A DNA stretch of 60,586 nucleotides, from the NCBI GenBank assembly GCA_020724725.1, contig DYGL01000001.1, forward strand, positions 1 to 60,586. The letters are read 5' to 3'. Of the stretch, positions 37,217-45,490 are shown in pieces. Source of the DNA: Candidatus Microgenomatus sp. GTDB lineage: Bacteria; Patescibacteriota; Microgenomatia; UBA1400; PJMF01. Numbering within the stretch: position 1 is the first letter of the stretch; the number at the start of each line of letters is the position of its first letter. Below the pieces are notes generated by a model that worked only from the letters and a program-made list of their open reading frames with translations, was not told the origin of the DNA and did no database searches. A program made the translations under genes and the position numbers.

Positions 37217-38695
37217 ATGCAAAATCATGACCTCTCTAAGGACATTAGAAGCATTTACGAACAAGACAAAAAACTGCTGGAACAAAGCGCCGTTCCCATT
37301 ATCACTGTTTCCGCTACTTTCCTTGAAGATCTCAAGGGGTTGCACAAAAAGAAAGAAACCGACAGCAAAACCGATATTGTTTTGTCTCGAGCTCACTACT
37401 CGATGGCCATGGGCATTGCTATAGAAGCTTGGGGCGATAAAATCGATCCTAAAAAAGCCTGGCTCGTTGATAGCACCAACTATGTCAGTCTCAAAGACAC
37501 CAAAAGTGTGGAAATTACTCACGCCATTGGCAAGGTGATTGCTCGCTGGCCAATTTTGAAAACTTTCAAAGATCTGGTTGATAAATTTGGCCGCTCGAAA
37601 ATGCCAATTCTAGACAATGTCACTCCACCTACTATTTATTTAGGTTCAGGCATTGAAAAAAGCATTCTCTCTTTTCACATCGTCACTGGCAATATCCTCG
37701 CCAGTGAGGGTAAAAAAGTTGTCCAAATGATCACAGATCCTCACGTGAGAAGCGATTATTTGGCCAACGCTCATTTGCCTAATATGAAATTTTTGGTTTT
37801 TGATGAAGCCACCAAAAAAGAGTTTTTTCAAGTCGCTAAAGAAATTGGCCAAAAAATTCCCCAAGCTCAATTGGCTGACAAAGTAATTGTTACTGGCCCA
37901 CCCATTGACCCCCGCATCGTTGCTTGCAACCAGACCAAAAAAGCTTGGACCAAAGATCGACCACTGCGCATTTGTCTAACCACTGGCGGTCTTGGTACCA
38001 ACAAAACAGAGATTAAAGCCATTCTAGAACAACTCCTGCCCATCCTAAAAGAGCAAGCTCTTGGCAAAAAAACTGCCTTGCCAGAAACTCAAGTCCTGTT
38101 TTACGCCGGCACACACCTCGACCACAAAGAGATGGCGGCGGAAATTGCTCAAGCCAATCAACTCGCCTACCAAATCATTAGTCCCAAAGATCCGGCTAGT
38201 TTTAGAATTGGTGGCAAAATTAAAAGCAAAGATGATCTAATCAAGGAAGATTCAAGGTTTAGCATCATTTATCATCCACAAATAGTCGACGCCAATGAGC
38301 TCTTCGTCAACAACGCTTTCCCTTGGACTGATCTTTTTATCAGCAAACCTTCGGGTGATATGGCCTATGACGCCGTGGTTTCTGGCGCTGCTCTTCTCAC
38401 TCTTAAAGAATGGGGTGAATGGGAACATAATGTGCGCCAAACCTTTGAAAAGAATGGTACAGCCATGATTGCTCAGGTTGACAATATTGTCGAACAGTTA
38501 ATAGAAATTAGCGCTGACCAAGAACAAAACTTGAAAATCAAAAAACTAAATAGCAGTAATTTGCCAAGCCCAGCTCTAGAAGAACAAGCAAATAGTTCTT
38601 GGCTGAATCAAGCCATGAAAAATAGCAAAAAACTAGACAAAACCTTCTACCAAGGCGCCAAAAATATCTTGCGTGCGCTGAAAGCCAATAATTAA
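37217..38695 (+). CDS. GT28-like (MGDG synthase/UgtP/MurG-type) glycosyltransferase, divergent
   Basis: Architecture matches by eye: VTGPPIDPR, LTTGGLG, and ISKPSGDMAYDAV...GEWEHN...NGTA (compare KPGG.T..EA...PGQE..N...G.A). Confidence 0.45.
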   Translation: MQNHDLSKDIRSIYEQDKKLLEQSAVPIITVSATFLEDLKGLHKKKETDSKTDIVLSRAHYSMAMGIAIEAWGDKIDPKKAWLVDSTNYVSLKDTKSVEITHAIGKVIARWPILKTFKDLVDKFGRSKMPILDNVTPPTIYLGSGIEKSILSFHIVTGNILASEGKKVVQMITDPHVRSDYLANAHLPNMKFLVFDEATKKEFFQVAKEIGQKIPQAQLADKVIVTGPPIDPRIVACNQTKKAWTKDRPLRICLTTGGLGTNKTEIKAILEQLLPILKEQALGKKTALPETQVLFYAGTHLDHKEMAAEIAQANQLAYQIISPKDPASFRIGGKIKSKDDLIKEDSRFSIIYHPQIVDANELFVNNAFPWTDLFISKPSGDMAYDAVVSGAALLTLKEWGEWEHNVRQTFEKNGTAMIAQVDNIVEQLIEISADQEQNLKIKKLNSSNLPSPALEEQANSSWLNQAMKNSKKLDKTFYQGAKNILRALKANN

Positions 38696-38698
38696 AAA

Positions 38699-38902
38699 CT
38701 ATTTAAGCTTCTTCATCAATTTGTGAGGAGTGTGCTTGCGACAGACACTGCAATACTTACTCAAAGGAAAACTACCTTCGCCTGAAGTTTGCTTCTTGAG
38801 AGTTTCGTTGTTTTTGTTGTATTCGCTGACGTAACCAAAAGCGTTGCAAACACTACATTGTAAACCGATTGCTTGTCTTGGACCTTTTTTCTTACTTGCC
38901 AT
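38699..38902 (-). CDS. rpmG: 50S ribosomal protein L33 (zinc-ribbon form)
   Basis: Small basic protein with CSVC...CSVC. Adjacent to the tRNA-Thr/Tyr cluster, as in many bacteria. Confidence 0.8.
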   Translation of the reverse strand: MASKKKGPRQAIGLQCSVCNAFGYVSEYNKNNETLKKQTSGEGSFPLSKYCSVCRKHTPHKLMKKLK

Positions 38903-38952
38903 AGATTTGATATTCTAACACACTTTAAAATTATTTTAAGAATGACAATTTG

Positions 38953-39026
38953 AGCCACCCCCGGGAATCGAACCCGGAACCTCCTGTTTACAAAACAGGT
39001 GCTCTAACCAATTGAGCTAGGGGGGC
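38953..39026 (-). tRNA. tRNA-Thr (anticodon UGU)
   Basis: Hand-folded: anticodon arm CCTGT-TTTGTAA-ACAGG, T arm CCGGG-TTCGATT-CCCGG. There is one C-U mismatch at acceptor pair 4-69. Confidence 0.85.
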
Positions 39027-39051
39027 AATTTCCAATCCAGTTAGAGTTGAG

Positions 39052-39133
39052 TGCCAAGGGAAGGGTTCGAACCTTCGTAGGCTAAGCCAGCAGTTTTACA
39101 GACTGCCCTCGTTGACCACTTGAGTACCTTGGC
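39052..39133 (-). tRNA. tRNA-Tyr (anticodon GUA)
   Basis: Hand-folded: acceptor GCCAAGG/CCTTGGC, anticodon arm GCAGT-CTGTAAA-ACTGC, and a long variable arm. 82 nt. Confidence 0.9.
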
Positions 39134-39142
39134 GCCTTGATG

Positions 39143-39162
39143 TGGCGCGCGCAGCGCGCCAA
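39143..39162. repeat. GC-rich hairpin repeat copy B (TGGCGCGCGCAGCGCGCCAA)
   Basis: Exact copy of 20544..20563. It sits in the spacer between tRNA-Thr(GGU) and tRNA-Tyr. Confidence 0.9.
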
Positions 39163-39167
39163 CAGTG

Positions 39168-39240
39168 AGCCTTTGTCGGGGATCGAACCCGAGACCTCAG
39201 TCTTACCAAGACTGCGCTCTACCGACTGAGCTACAAAGGC
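39168..39240 (-). tRNA. tRNA-Thr (anticodon GGU)
   Basis: Hand-folded: GCCTTTG acceptor, anticodon arm CAGTC-TTGGTAA-GACTG, T arm CTCGGG-TTCGATC-CCCGA region. 73 nt. Confidence 0.9.
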
Positions 39241-39285
39241 AAAAGAACATGAGTATTATATTGAAAATACACGAAAAATACAGAT

Positions 39286-39436
39286 CCACTTCCCTTTGCA
39301 GGAAAGCAAGCCTCTTTCCCCGGAAAAAACCAAGGTGGCAGGAAGATCTTGATTCCAAGGAAACAAAATACTCCCATGAGCCAATAAAAGAGCTGTTGAG
39401 GAAAACATTGCTTGACTTTCCTGCAAAAGAAAGTGG
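39286..39436 (-). ncRNA. candidate structured RNA (long-stem element), function unknown
   Basis: Arms at 39286-39310 and 39411-39436 form a ~25-bp helix. Its two non-Watson-Crick positions are G-U on the minus-strand transcript but C-A on the plus strand. Confidence 0.3.
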
Positions 39437-39545
39437 AATTTAAGGTGCGTTTTGCGTAGAGATCTAACTAAAATTTAAAACAAATCCCAAAAGAAAAAAA
39501 GCTGTTTTTGCAAAAGGAAAAATGCTATAATAGACGGTATTGTTT

Positions 39546-40439
39546 TTAGCTAGCAGCTAAAATTTCCTCCACCCAAGACTTGACCTTTTTACCATACTTT
39601 TCTTGTTCAATGACGAACTTAAGATGAGCTTTGAAATAGTTCTCTGGATCGCCACTAGTTAGCCATTCGCCTCTGGTTTTCTCTACCAGAACTTGTTTGG
39701 TTTTGGCAATTTGAGTGATAGCATCAGTCGTCCACAATTCGCCATCTTTTCCAGAATTTCCTGGAACAAGATATTCAAAAATAGCTGGTGTCAACAAATA
39801 ACGGCCATAAGAAGCCAAAAGAGAAGGTTCTTCACCAATTTCTGGTTTTTCAATGATGTTATCAAGATAAAGCTCACTGTCTGGTCGGAAAGAAATAATC
39901 CCATATTTATTAACCACTGCTTGCTCGACTTCCTGAGACATGATTACGCCAGCTAACTCAGGGTTAGCATGAAAAGCGTCTGCCATGACTTTGGCATCAC
40001 CAGGCTGACCAAAAACCACATCATCACTGTAAATTGCCAAAAAAGCCGCTTCATTTTCAACATAAGCTTTGGCAGAAGCAATTGGTGAGCCGTTGCCATA
40101 TGGCAGACTAGGATCTTGAACAATCACTGTAATTTTAGGGTAGTCCAAAACATGCTGGACAGGCTCATAGCGATCTTCCTTGCCCTGAGCGGCCAACTGT
40201 TTACGAATGCGATTGACATTATTGTTGAAATAATCCTCATAAATAGGCTTGCCTTCTGGAGTGGAAACAATAATGATCTCCTCTATTTCTGCTTCCACAC
40301 ACTCTTCAATTACCAACTGCATTACTGGGCGATTGCCAAAAGGCAACATGCCTTTGGGAATAGTCTTGGTGATAGGCAAGTAACGACTGGCAAAACCAGC
40401 ATCGGTAATAATCGCTTTACGGACAAGTTTTTCGGACAT
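39546..40439 (-). CDS. galU: UTP--glucose-1-phosphate uridylyltransferase
   Basis: N-terminal KAIITDAGFASRYLPITKTIPKGMLP (G-x-G-T-R-x-LP-x-TK type). Start set at MSEKL. Confidence 0.85.
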   Translation of the reverse strand: MSEKLVRKAIITDAGFASRYLPITKTIPKGMLPFGNRPVMQLVIEECVEAEIEEIIIVSTPEGKPIYEDYFNNNVNRIRKQLAAQGKEDRYEPVQHVLDYPKITVIVQDPSLPYGNGSPIASAKAYVENEAAFLAIYSDDVVFGQPGDAKVMADAFHANPELAGVIMSQEVEQAVVNKYGIISFRPDSELYLDNIIEKPEIGEEPSLLASYGRYLLTPAIFEYLVPGNSGKDGELWTTDAITQIAKTKQVLVEKTRGEWLTSGDPENYFKAHLKFVIEQEKYGKKVKSWVEEILAAS

Positions 40440-40497
40440 ATGCAAAAAGTATAACATACAAGCAATGCCCTCTTGACCAGTAGTAAGAAAAAGCGCT

Positions 40498-42492
40498 ATG
40501 CTGGAGTTGATGTCGCAAACTCATAAGCAAAACCCCTTTGCCGTCTTCGGCTTATTCACCATTATCCTCGTCACCTCCATCGCCCTTTTGGCAGTGATGT
40601 TTCTCAAAAAACCAGCTTCTGAATTAAGTTTAGACACTCGTAAAGCAGCCATGGTCGATTCTGGCCTAGCTGAACTCAACACTTATCCTTTTAATCAAAG
40701 TACTTTAAAGGTAGACGAAGAACAAAAAATTAATCTTCAGCTCAACACCAAAACCAAATCACTTGATTCAATTGAATTGGTTTTTGAAGTCATTGCTGAT
40801 AAAGGCTTACTTGATGCAGACAAAATTAAATTTACTGGTACAGTCCCCACAGAACTAGAGGTCAACAAACAAGAAGTGGTGCCAAGCATTTGTGAAAAGG
40901 ATTGTTACACCGTCACTCTTCTTTTAAGCGTCAAGGATCCAGCAACCAGCTTTAACACCAACGACCAGATGAAAACCATTTCTCAACTGAGTTTTACTCC
41001 CCAAAAAGAAGGTAGTTTGAAGTTAAAAATCAGTCAGGACAGCACCGCCATCGAACACGAAACCAGCGAAGACATTTTACAAAAACCAACTGTTTTAGAT
41101 TTTCAATATTATGTCACCGAAAACGGCATTGACCGTTCCCAATGTTACTTTGAATATTCAGCTTGGGGAGAATGTAAAAACGGCTGGCAGACTCGTCAAT
41201 ATTCAGTCCAACCAGACAAATGTTATTGGTATGAGGAAGAAACTCTCAAAGAGCTTAGTCAAAAATGTGTTGACGAGGATGTAATTACAGCCAACGGTCA
41301 ATATTTTTACCTTTACTCCAATGATCGTTGCTGGAACAAGCCTTCAGAAGGAGAATCTCTCTACGTTATCTGGAATAAGAAACAATACAGCAACGTAACT
41401 TGGATTGACGTCAGCAGTAGCCCAGATTTTGGTGACTACTACCACAAAAAAGTCGAAGGCAACATTGACCAAACCAATGGCGATTGGCTAATGGTTAACG
41501 CCAAGGGCTTTACTCACGCTACCGGCAACAAAGGCCCTTTGAGCTTTGAGCCCAACAAAGAATACTTTTTCCGCCTCTACACTACCAATAATGACGGTCA
41601 ACACATCTCTTCAGTTCGCTATTACATTACCTTCTGCAGTGGCGACCAAAGCAATTACAAAAACTGCAATGACGCCTGTGGCGAAGGTAGTGACCAAAGC
41701 AAGAGTTGTGCTCCAGGCTTAACTTGTCATGAGGGCCAATGTCGCAATGAAGATAACCTAGATAACACTCTCTGTCTAGCTACTCCAGGTATTCAAACCA
41801 ATGATCGCAGTTGTAACCAATACTGTGCCAACAGCAATGATTGCTCTGCCGGTCTGACTTGTTTCTGGAACCGTTGCCGAGCTCCACAAAATCTAGACAG
41901 CAGTAGCTGTGAAGTCAAAAAAACCGCTTCCAGTAGCCAACAAAGCACTGGTACTGCCTCGACAATTAATAAAGGGGGCAACATCAACTCCTACACCGAT
42001 AGCTCTGGCAAAACTATCCTCTTGCCTAGCGAAGCCTATGACTTAACTACCTACGGTTGCAATCAAGGCTGTAACACCAATCGAGACTGTGATGTCGACA
42101 TGCGCTGTTATAAGGGCAAATGTCGCCTTGCTGAAGATCCTGAGGAGATTGCCTGCAAGATCGATCAGGAAGCTGGTGATAAAGAAATAGATTCCAGTCC
42201 TAGCGCAGTCAAAACTCAAGTCAGTCCCACTCCCACAGAACAGAAAAAAGGTGGTTCTATGCAAAGTGGTTTGAGCAAGCTCATCTCCAACTTTTCTTGG
42301 CAATGGTTAGCTTTTGCTGGAGCACTACTCATCGTTGCACTGGGCCTTATTGTCAGCTCTATTGCTCGAGCCAAGAGAGATCCATGGCAAGCTAATTTAC
42401 CAAAGAGCCAAGAACCAATCAGAAAAGATGATTTTACCAATCGTAACGATGAGGAACTTAAAATTCCAGAAGACAAACCTTTGAGATTTTAG
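40498..42492 (+). CDS. membrane-anchored Cys-rich surface protein
   Basis: N-terminal and C-terminal TM segments with three tandem 6-Cys modules (C-x3-C-x5/9-C-x5-C-x4-C-x10-C) between about 41655 and 42160. Confidence 0.6.
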   Translation: MLELMSQTHKQNPFAVFGLFTIILVTSIALLAVMFLKKPASELSLDTRKAAMVDSGLAELNTYPFNQSTLKVDEEQKINLQLNTKTKSLDSIELVFEVIADKGLLDADKIKFTGTVPTELEVNKQEVVPSICEKDCYTVTLLLSVKDPATSFNTNDQMKTISQLSFTPQKEGSLKLKISQDSTAIEHETSEDILQKPTVLDFQYYVTENGIDRSQCYFEYSAWGECKNGWQTRQYSVQPDKCYWYEEETLKELSQKCVDEDVITANGQYFYLYSNDRCWNKPSEGESLYVIWNKKQYSNVTWIDVSSSPDFGDYYHKKVEGNIDQTNGDWLMVNAKGFTHATGNKGPLSFEPNKEYFFRLYTTNNDGQHISSVRYYITFCSGDQSNYKNCNDACGEGSDQSKSCAPGLTCHEGQCRNEDNLDNTLCLATPGIQTNDRSCNQYCANSNDCSAGLTCFWNRCRAPQNLDSSSCEVKKTASSSQQSTGTASTINKGGNINSYTDSSGKTILLPSEAYDLTTYGCNQGCNTNRDCDVDMRCYKGKCRLAEDPEEIACKIDQEAGDKEIDSSPSAVKTQVSPTPTEQKKGGSMQSGLSKLISNFSWQWLAFAGALLIVALGLIVSSIARAKRDPWQANLPKSQEPIRKDDFTNRNDEELKIPEDKPLRF

Positions 42493-42549
42493 CTTGAAAA
42501 AACAAGTGTTTAAGGCTAGAATCCTGTGCATCGTAAGAAAGATTTTCCT

Positions 42550-42732
42550 ATGCTAAATAAAATCAAAAAATATTTTCAGGAAGTTTTGACCGAAATTAAA
42601 AACACCACCTGGCCAAGCAAGCTAAGCACTAAAAATATGACCCTTCTAGTCATTGCTGTTGCCACTCTCCTCGCTCTTTACCTTGGGGGAATTGATTTAC
42701 TCCTACAAAAAATTATGGGGATTCTGATATAA
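42550..42732 (+). CDS. secE: preprotein translocase subunit SecE
   Basis: Single C-terminal TM with the (E)VK.V.WP-type motif (EIKNTTWPS). Immediately upstream of nusG. Confidence 0.75.
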   Translation: MLNKIKKYFQEVLTEIKNTTWPSKLSTKNMTLLVIAVATLLALYLGGIDLLLQKIMGILI

Positions 42733-42742
42733 TACTTCTCCT

Positions 42743-43363
42743 ATGACCGATCAAACGCAAGTTCCAGAAGTACCAGAAATCCAAGAAGTGCAGGTGCAAT
42801 CACCAAACTTGGTCAATATTTCTGACGTCGACAACAAAAAAGCCCGTTGGTATGTTGTTCACGTTTATTCTGGTCATGAGAAAAAAATTGCCGAGGCACT
42901 CCGCCAACGCGCTCAAACTTTACACTTAACTGACAAAATCATTCAAGTTCTTATTCCTACCCAAGACAAAATTCAGATTCGTCGTGGCCAACGCAAAACT
43001 GTAAGCGAGAAAATTTTCCCAGGTTACATGTTGGTCAAATTAGAAATGACTGACGACGCTTGGTTGGCTATTCGTACCACCGATGGCGTGACTGGTTTTG
43101 TTGGCATGAGTAGCAAACCCACTCCTCTACCAAAGAGCGAAGTTGAAGCTATCATGAAGTACACTCAACAATCTGGTGAAGCCTCCTATAAAGCTGATTT
43201 TGTCGATGGCGAAGCAGTCAAAGTGGTCGAAGGACCATTCAACGACTTCTTGGGTACTGTTGACAAAATTGATGAGGAAAAAGGCAAAGTCACCGTTTTG
43301 CTCAATATCTTTGGTCGCGAAACTCCAGTAGAATTAGATTTCTTGCAAGTCAAGAAGGTCTAG
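42743..43363 (+). CDS. nusG: transcription termination/antitermination factor NusG
   Basis: NGN domain (WYVVHVYSGHEKK) and KOW (GEAVKVVEGPFNDFLGTV), with a ~30-aa N-terminal extension. Confidence 0.9.
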   Translation: MTDQTQVPEVPEIQEVQVQSPNLVNISDVDNKKARWYVVHVYSGHEKKIAEALRQRAQTLHLTDKIIQVLIPTQDKIQIRRGQRKTVSEKIFPGYMLVKLEMTDDAWLAIRTTDGVTGFVGMSSKPTPLPKSEVEAIMKYTQQSGEASYKADFVDGEAVKVVEGPFNDFLGTVDKIDEEKGKVTVLLNIFGRETPVELDFLQVKKV

Positions 43364-43413
43364 TTTTTATGCTATGCATAGCATCTTTCATACCAGCTGC
43401 TTTTTGCATTACA

Positions 43414-43442
43414 TTGCAAAAAGACAGGGTCTGAAATATAAT
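43414..43442 (+). promoter_or_regulatory. sigma70-type promoter upstream of rplK
   Basis: TTGCAA (43414-43419), a 17-nt spacer, then TATAAT (43437-43442). Confidence 0.5.
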
Positions 43443-43542
43443 ACTCTTCTCAAGTATACAAAGTGGTGGATTAGGGATCCGCGCTTCTCACTTTTTAATC
43501 TTGAGATAATTAAACAAATTTAACTAATAATATGTGAAAGGA

Positions 43543-43563
43543 GTGCTTTGTATCACAAAGCAC
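43543..43563 (+). promoter_or_regulatory. perfect 9-bp hairpin between the SD and the rplK AUG
   Basis: GTGCTTTGT-ATC-ACAAAGCAC sits directly after GAAAGGAG (43536-43543) and 8 nt before ATG 43572. Confidence 0.45.
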
Positions 43564-43571
43564 GAATTTAT

Positions 43572-43994
43572 ATGGCCAAAAAAGTCAAACAAATTTTAAA
43601 ACTTAACCTACCAGCTGGCACTGCTACTCCAGCCCCTCCAGTCGGTCCTATTTTAGGTCAAGCTGGTATTAACATGATGGATTTCTTAAAGCAATATAAT
43701 GCTGCTACCTCAGATCAAAAAGGTCAGATTATTCCTGCAGAAATCACTATTTTCGAAAACAACTCCTTTACCTTTGTTCTTAAGTTGCCTCCTGTTTCAG
43801 ATTTGATCAAACAAGCCATCAAACTCAAAGCTGGTAGTTCTACCCCAGGCAAAGACAACAAAGCCAAATTAAGCATGGATCAAGTTAAGGCTATCGCAGA
43901 AAAAAAGATGCCAGACATGAACACTAAAAATTTGGAATCTGCCATGCAAAGCGTGATTGGTTCTGCCAAATCCATGGGTGTTGACGTCGTTTAA
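43572..43994 (+). CDS. rplK: 50S ribosomal protein L11
   Basis: MAKKVKQILKL...PAPPVGPILGQ. An alternative TTG start at 43548 is possible. Confidence 0.9.
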   Translation: MAKKVKQILKLNLPAGTATPAPPVGPILGQAGINMMDFLKQYNAATSDQKGQIIPAEITIFENNSFTFVLKLPPVSDLIKQAIKLKAGSSTPGKDNKAKLSMDQVKAIAEKKMPDMNTKNLESAMQSVIGSAKSMGVDVV

Positions 43995-44062
43995 TTGTAA
44001 ATAAAATATTAAGTGGGAGGCTTAAGCTTTACTCTAGCCGTTTGCACCACAGAAAGTTAAAT

Positions 44063-44791
44063 ATGGGAAGCAAAAAAAACGTCGATATGACGCAGACTGA
44101 GATGGAAATCAAAACCGTTGAAGTCGAAAATGCAACAGAAAATGCTGAAAATGGCGAAGAAACTGTTGTCAAAAAAGCAGTTAAAGCCAAAAAAGTCAGA
44201 AGTAAGCGCTACCAAGCTGTACGCGCTCAATTAGACAAAAGCAAGTTCTACAAAACTGAAGAAGCTGTAGAATTAGTCAAGAAACTCTCTTACAGTAATT
44301 TTGTTGGTTCAGTCGAAGCTCACGTTATCGTGCGCGAGGTTGGCAGTAGCGTTGATCTCACTTTGCCTCATTCCACTGGCAAAAGTGTCAAAGTAGCGAT
44401 TGCTGATGCAGCTCTACTTACAGATATTGAGGCTGGCAAACTTGATTTTGATATCTTGCTCGCCCATCCAGAGTTTATGCCTAAGCTAGCCAAGTTGGCT
44501 AGAGTTTTGGGTCCAAAAGGCTTGATGCCTAACCCAAAAAACGGCACTCTCACTCCCAACCCAGAACTCAAAAAGAAAGAACTGGAAGCTGGTAAGTTTA
44601 CCCTCAAAACTGAGAAAAAAGCTCCTCTCATGCACCTAGTAATTGGTAAAACTGACATGAGCGCTGCAGAGCTTGGAGAAAATATTGAAGCTTTGCTTAA
44701 AGCCTTAAAAGGAAAAGTGCTTAAACTAAGTATTTCTCCTAGTATGGGTCCAGGCATTAAAGTCTTGGTCGAAGACAAAGACGAGGAATAA
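44063..44791 (+). CDS. rplA: 50S ribosomal protein L1 (with acidic N-terminal extension)
   Basis: The core starts at KKVRSKRYQAVRAQLDKSKFY, with GPKGLMPNPK present. About 40 extra N-terminal residues. Confidence 0.9.
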   Translation: MGSKKNVDMTQTEMEIKTVEVENATENAENGEETVVKKAVKAKKVRSKRYQAVRAQLDKSKFYKTEEAVELVKKLSYSNFVGSVEAHVIVREVGSSVDLTLPHSTGKSVKVAIADAALLTDIEAGKLDFDILLAHPEFMPKLAKLARVLGPKGLMPNPKNGTLTPNPELKKKELEAGKFTLKTEKKAPLMHLVIGKTDMSAAELGENIEALLKALKGKVLKLSISPSMGPGIKVLVEDKDEE

Positions 44792-44812
44792 TTTCTTTAT
44801 CAATTTGAAGGT

Positions 44813-44842
44813 AAAAACCCGCCTTTTAAGGCGGGTTTTTTT
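44813..44842 (+). terminator. rho-independent terminator after rplA
   Basis: CCCGCC-TTTTAA-GGCGGG followed by T7. Confidence 0.75.
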
Positions 44843-44882
44843 GACCGAGCTTATGCGAGGAAATGTCTTGATTATGGACGAA
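44833..44882. repeat. inverted repeat, left copy
   Basis: 46/50 identity to the reverse complement of 47591..47640 (gggtttttttgaccgagYttatgcgaggRaatgtcttgaKtatRgacgaa). Confidence 0.85.
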
Positions 44883-44884
44883 TA

Positions 44885-44913
44885 TTGACATTTAATATCA
44901 TTTGTCATAAAAT
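44885..44913 (+). promoter_or_regulatory. consensus sigma70-type promoter of the TA pair
   Basis: TTGACA, a 17-nt spacer, then TAAAAT. The ATG is 11 nt downstream, so the mRNA is near-leaderless. Confidence 0.55.
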
Positions 44914-44924
44914 TCAATCCAACA

Positions 44925-45209
44925 ATGAAGTTCTACGATTGGAATGAAACAAAAAACCAATTGCTCAGACAAGAGCGAGACATTTCCTTCGAAGACGTGG
45001 TTTTAGCCATAGATAATAAGCAAATTTTAGCCATTGTTAAACACCACAATAAAAACCACTATCCCAATCAAAGTGTTTTTATCGTTAATATTAATCACTA
45101 TGCCTATCTTGTGCCCTTTGTAGAAGATGAGGAAAAGATTTTTTTAAAAACAATCATTCCCAGTCGCAAAGCCACCAGAAAATATTTAGTTGAAAAAGGA
45201 AAATTATGA
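44925..45209 (+). CDS. BrnT-like (DUF497) toxin
   Basis: Small protein with an N-terminal F/Y-x-W-(D/N)-E-x-K...ISFEDV pattern. Its stop overlaps the next start (ATGA). Confidence 0.65.
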   Translation: MKFYDWNETKNQLLRQERDISFEDVVLAIDNKQILAIVKHHNKNHYPNQSVFIVNINHYAYLVPFVEDEEKIFLKTIIPSRKATRKYLVEKGKL

Positions 45210-45466
45210 AATACTATCAATTAGAACCAGAGGAAAAACAGATTTTAGCTGACTTTGAAGCTGAGCAATTTGAAGAGGTAACAACTGATCTAGATAAATA
45301 TCAACAATACGCTGTCGCCACCCTCAGCAAAAGCAAAAATATCAACATTCGCTTGTCAGAAAAAGTTCTTCAAAAACTCAAAGCTAAAGCTGCCAACACT
45401 GGTATTCCCTACCAAACCCTAGCTTCCTCAGTTTTGCATCAATTTGCGTTACGAGATTCCAGCTAA
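45206..45466 (+). CDS. BrnA-like antitoxin (RHH/CopG-type C-terminus)
   Basis: INIRLSEKVLQKLKAKAANTGIPYQTLASSVLHQFA, coupled to the upstream toxin-like gene. Confidence 0.65.
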   Translation: MKYYQLEPEEKQILADFEAEQFEEVTTDLDKYQQYAVATLSKSKNINIRLSEKVLQKLKAKAANTGIPYQTLASSVLHQFALRDSS

Positions 45467-45490
45467 ACATTCATCACAAGCTTCTTTTTT

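Noticed and set aside
39320-39350. SRP-RNA-like words (CCGGAA...CCAAGG..GCAGGAAG) reminiscent of the 4.5S domain IV.
   Set aside because: The GGAA is not closed by a helix on either strand, and the symmetric/asymmetric loop arrangement of helix 8 cannot be drawn. This is resemblance at the word level only.
39165-39443. 92-aa plus-strand ORF.
   Set aside because: It begins inside the tRNA-Thr(GGU) gene on the opposite strand and runs through the structured spacer, so it is not credible as coding.
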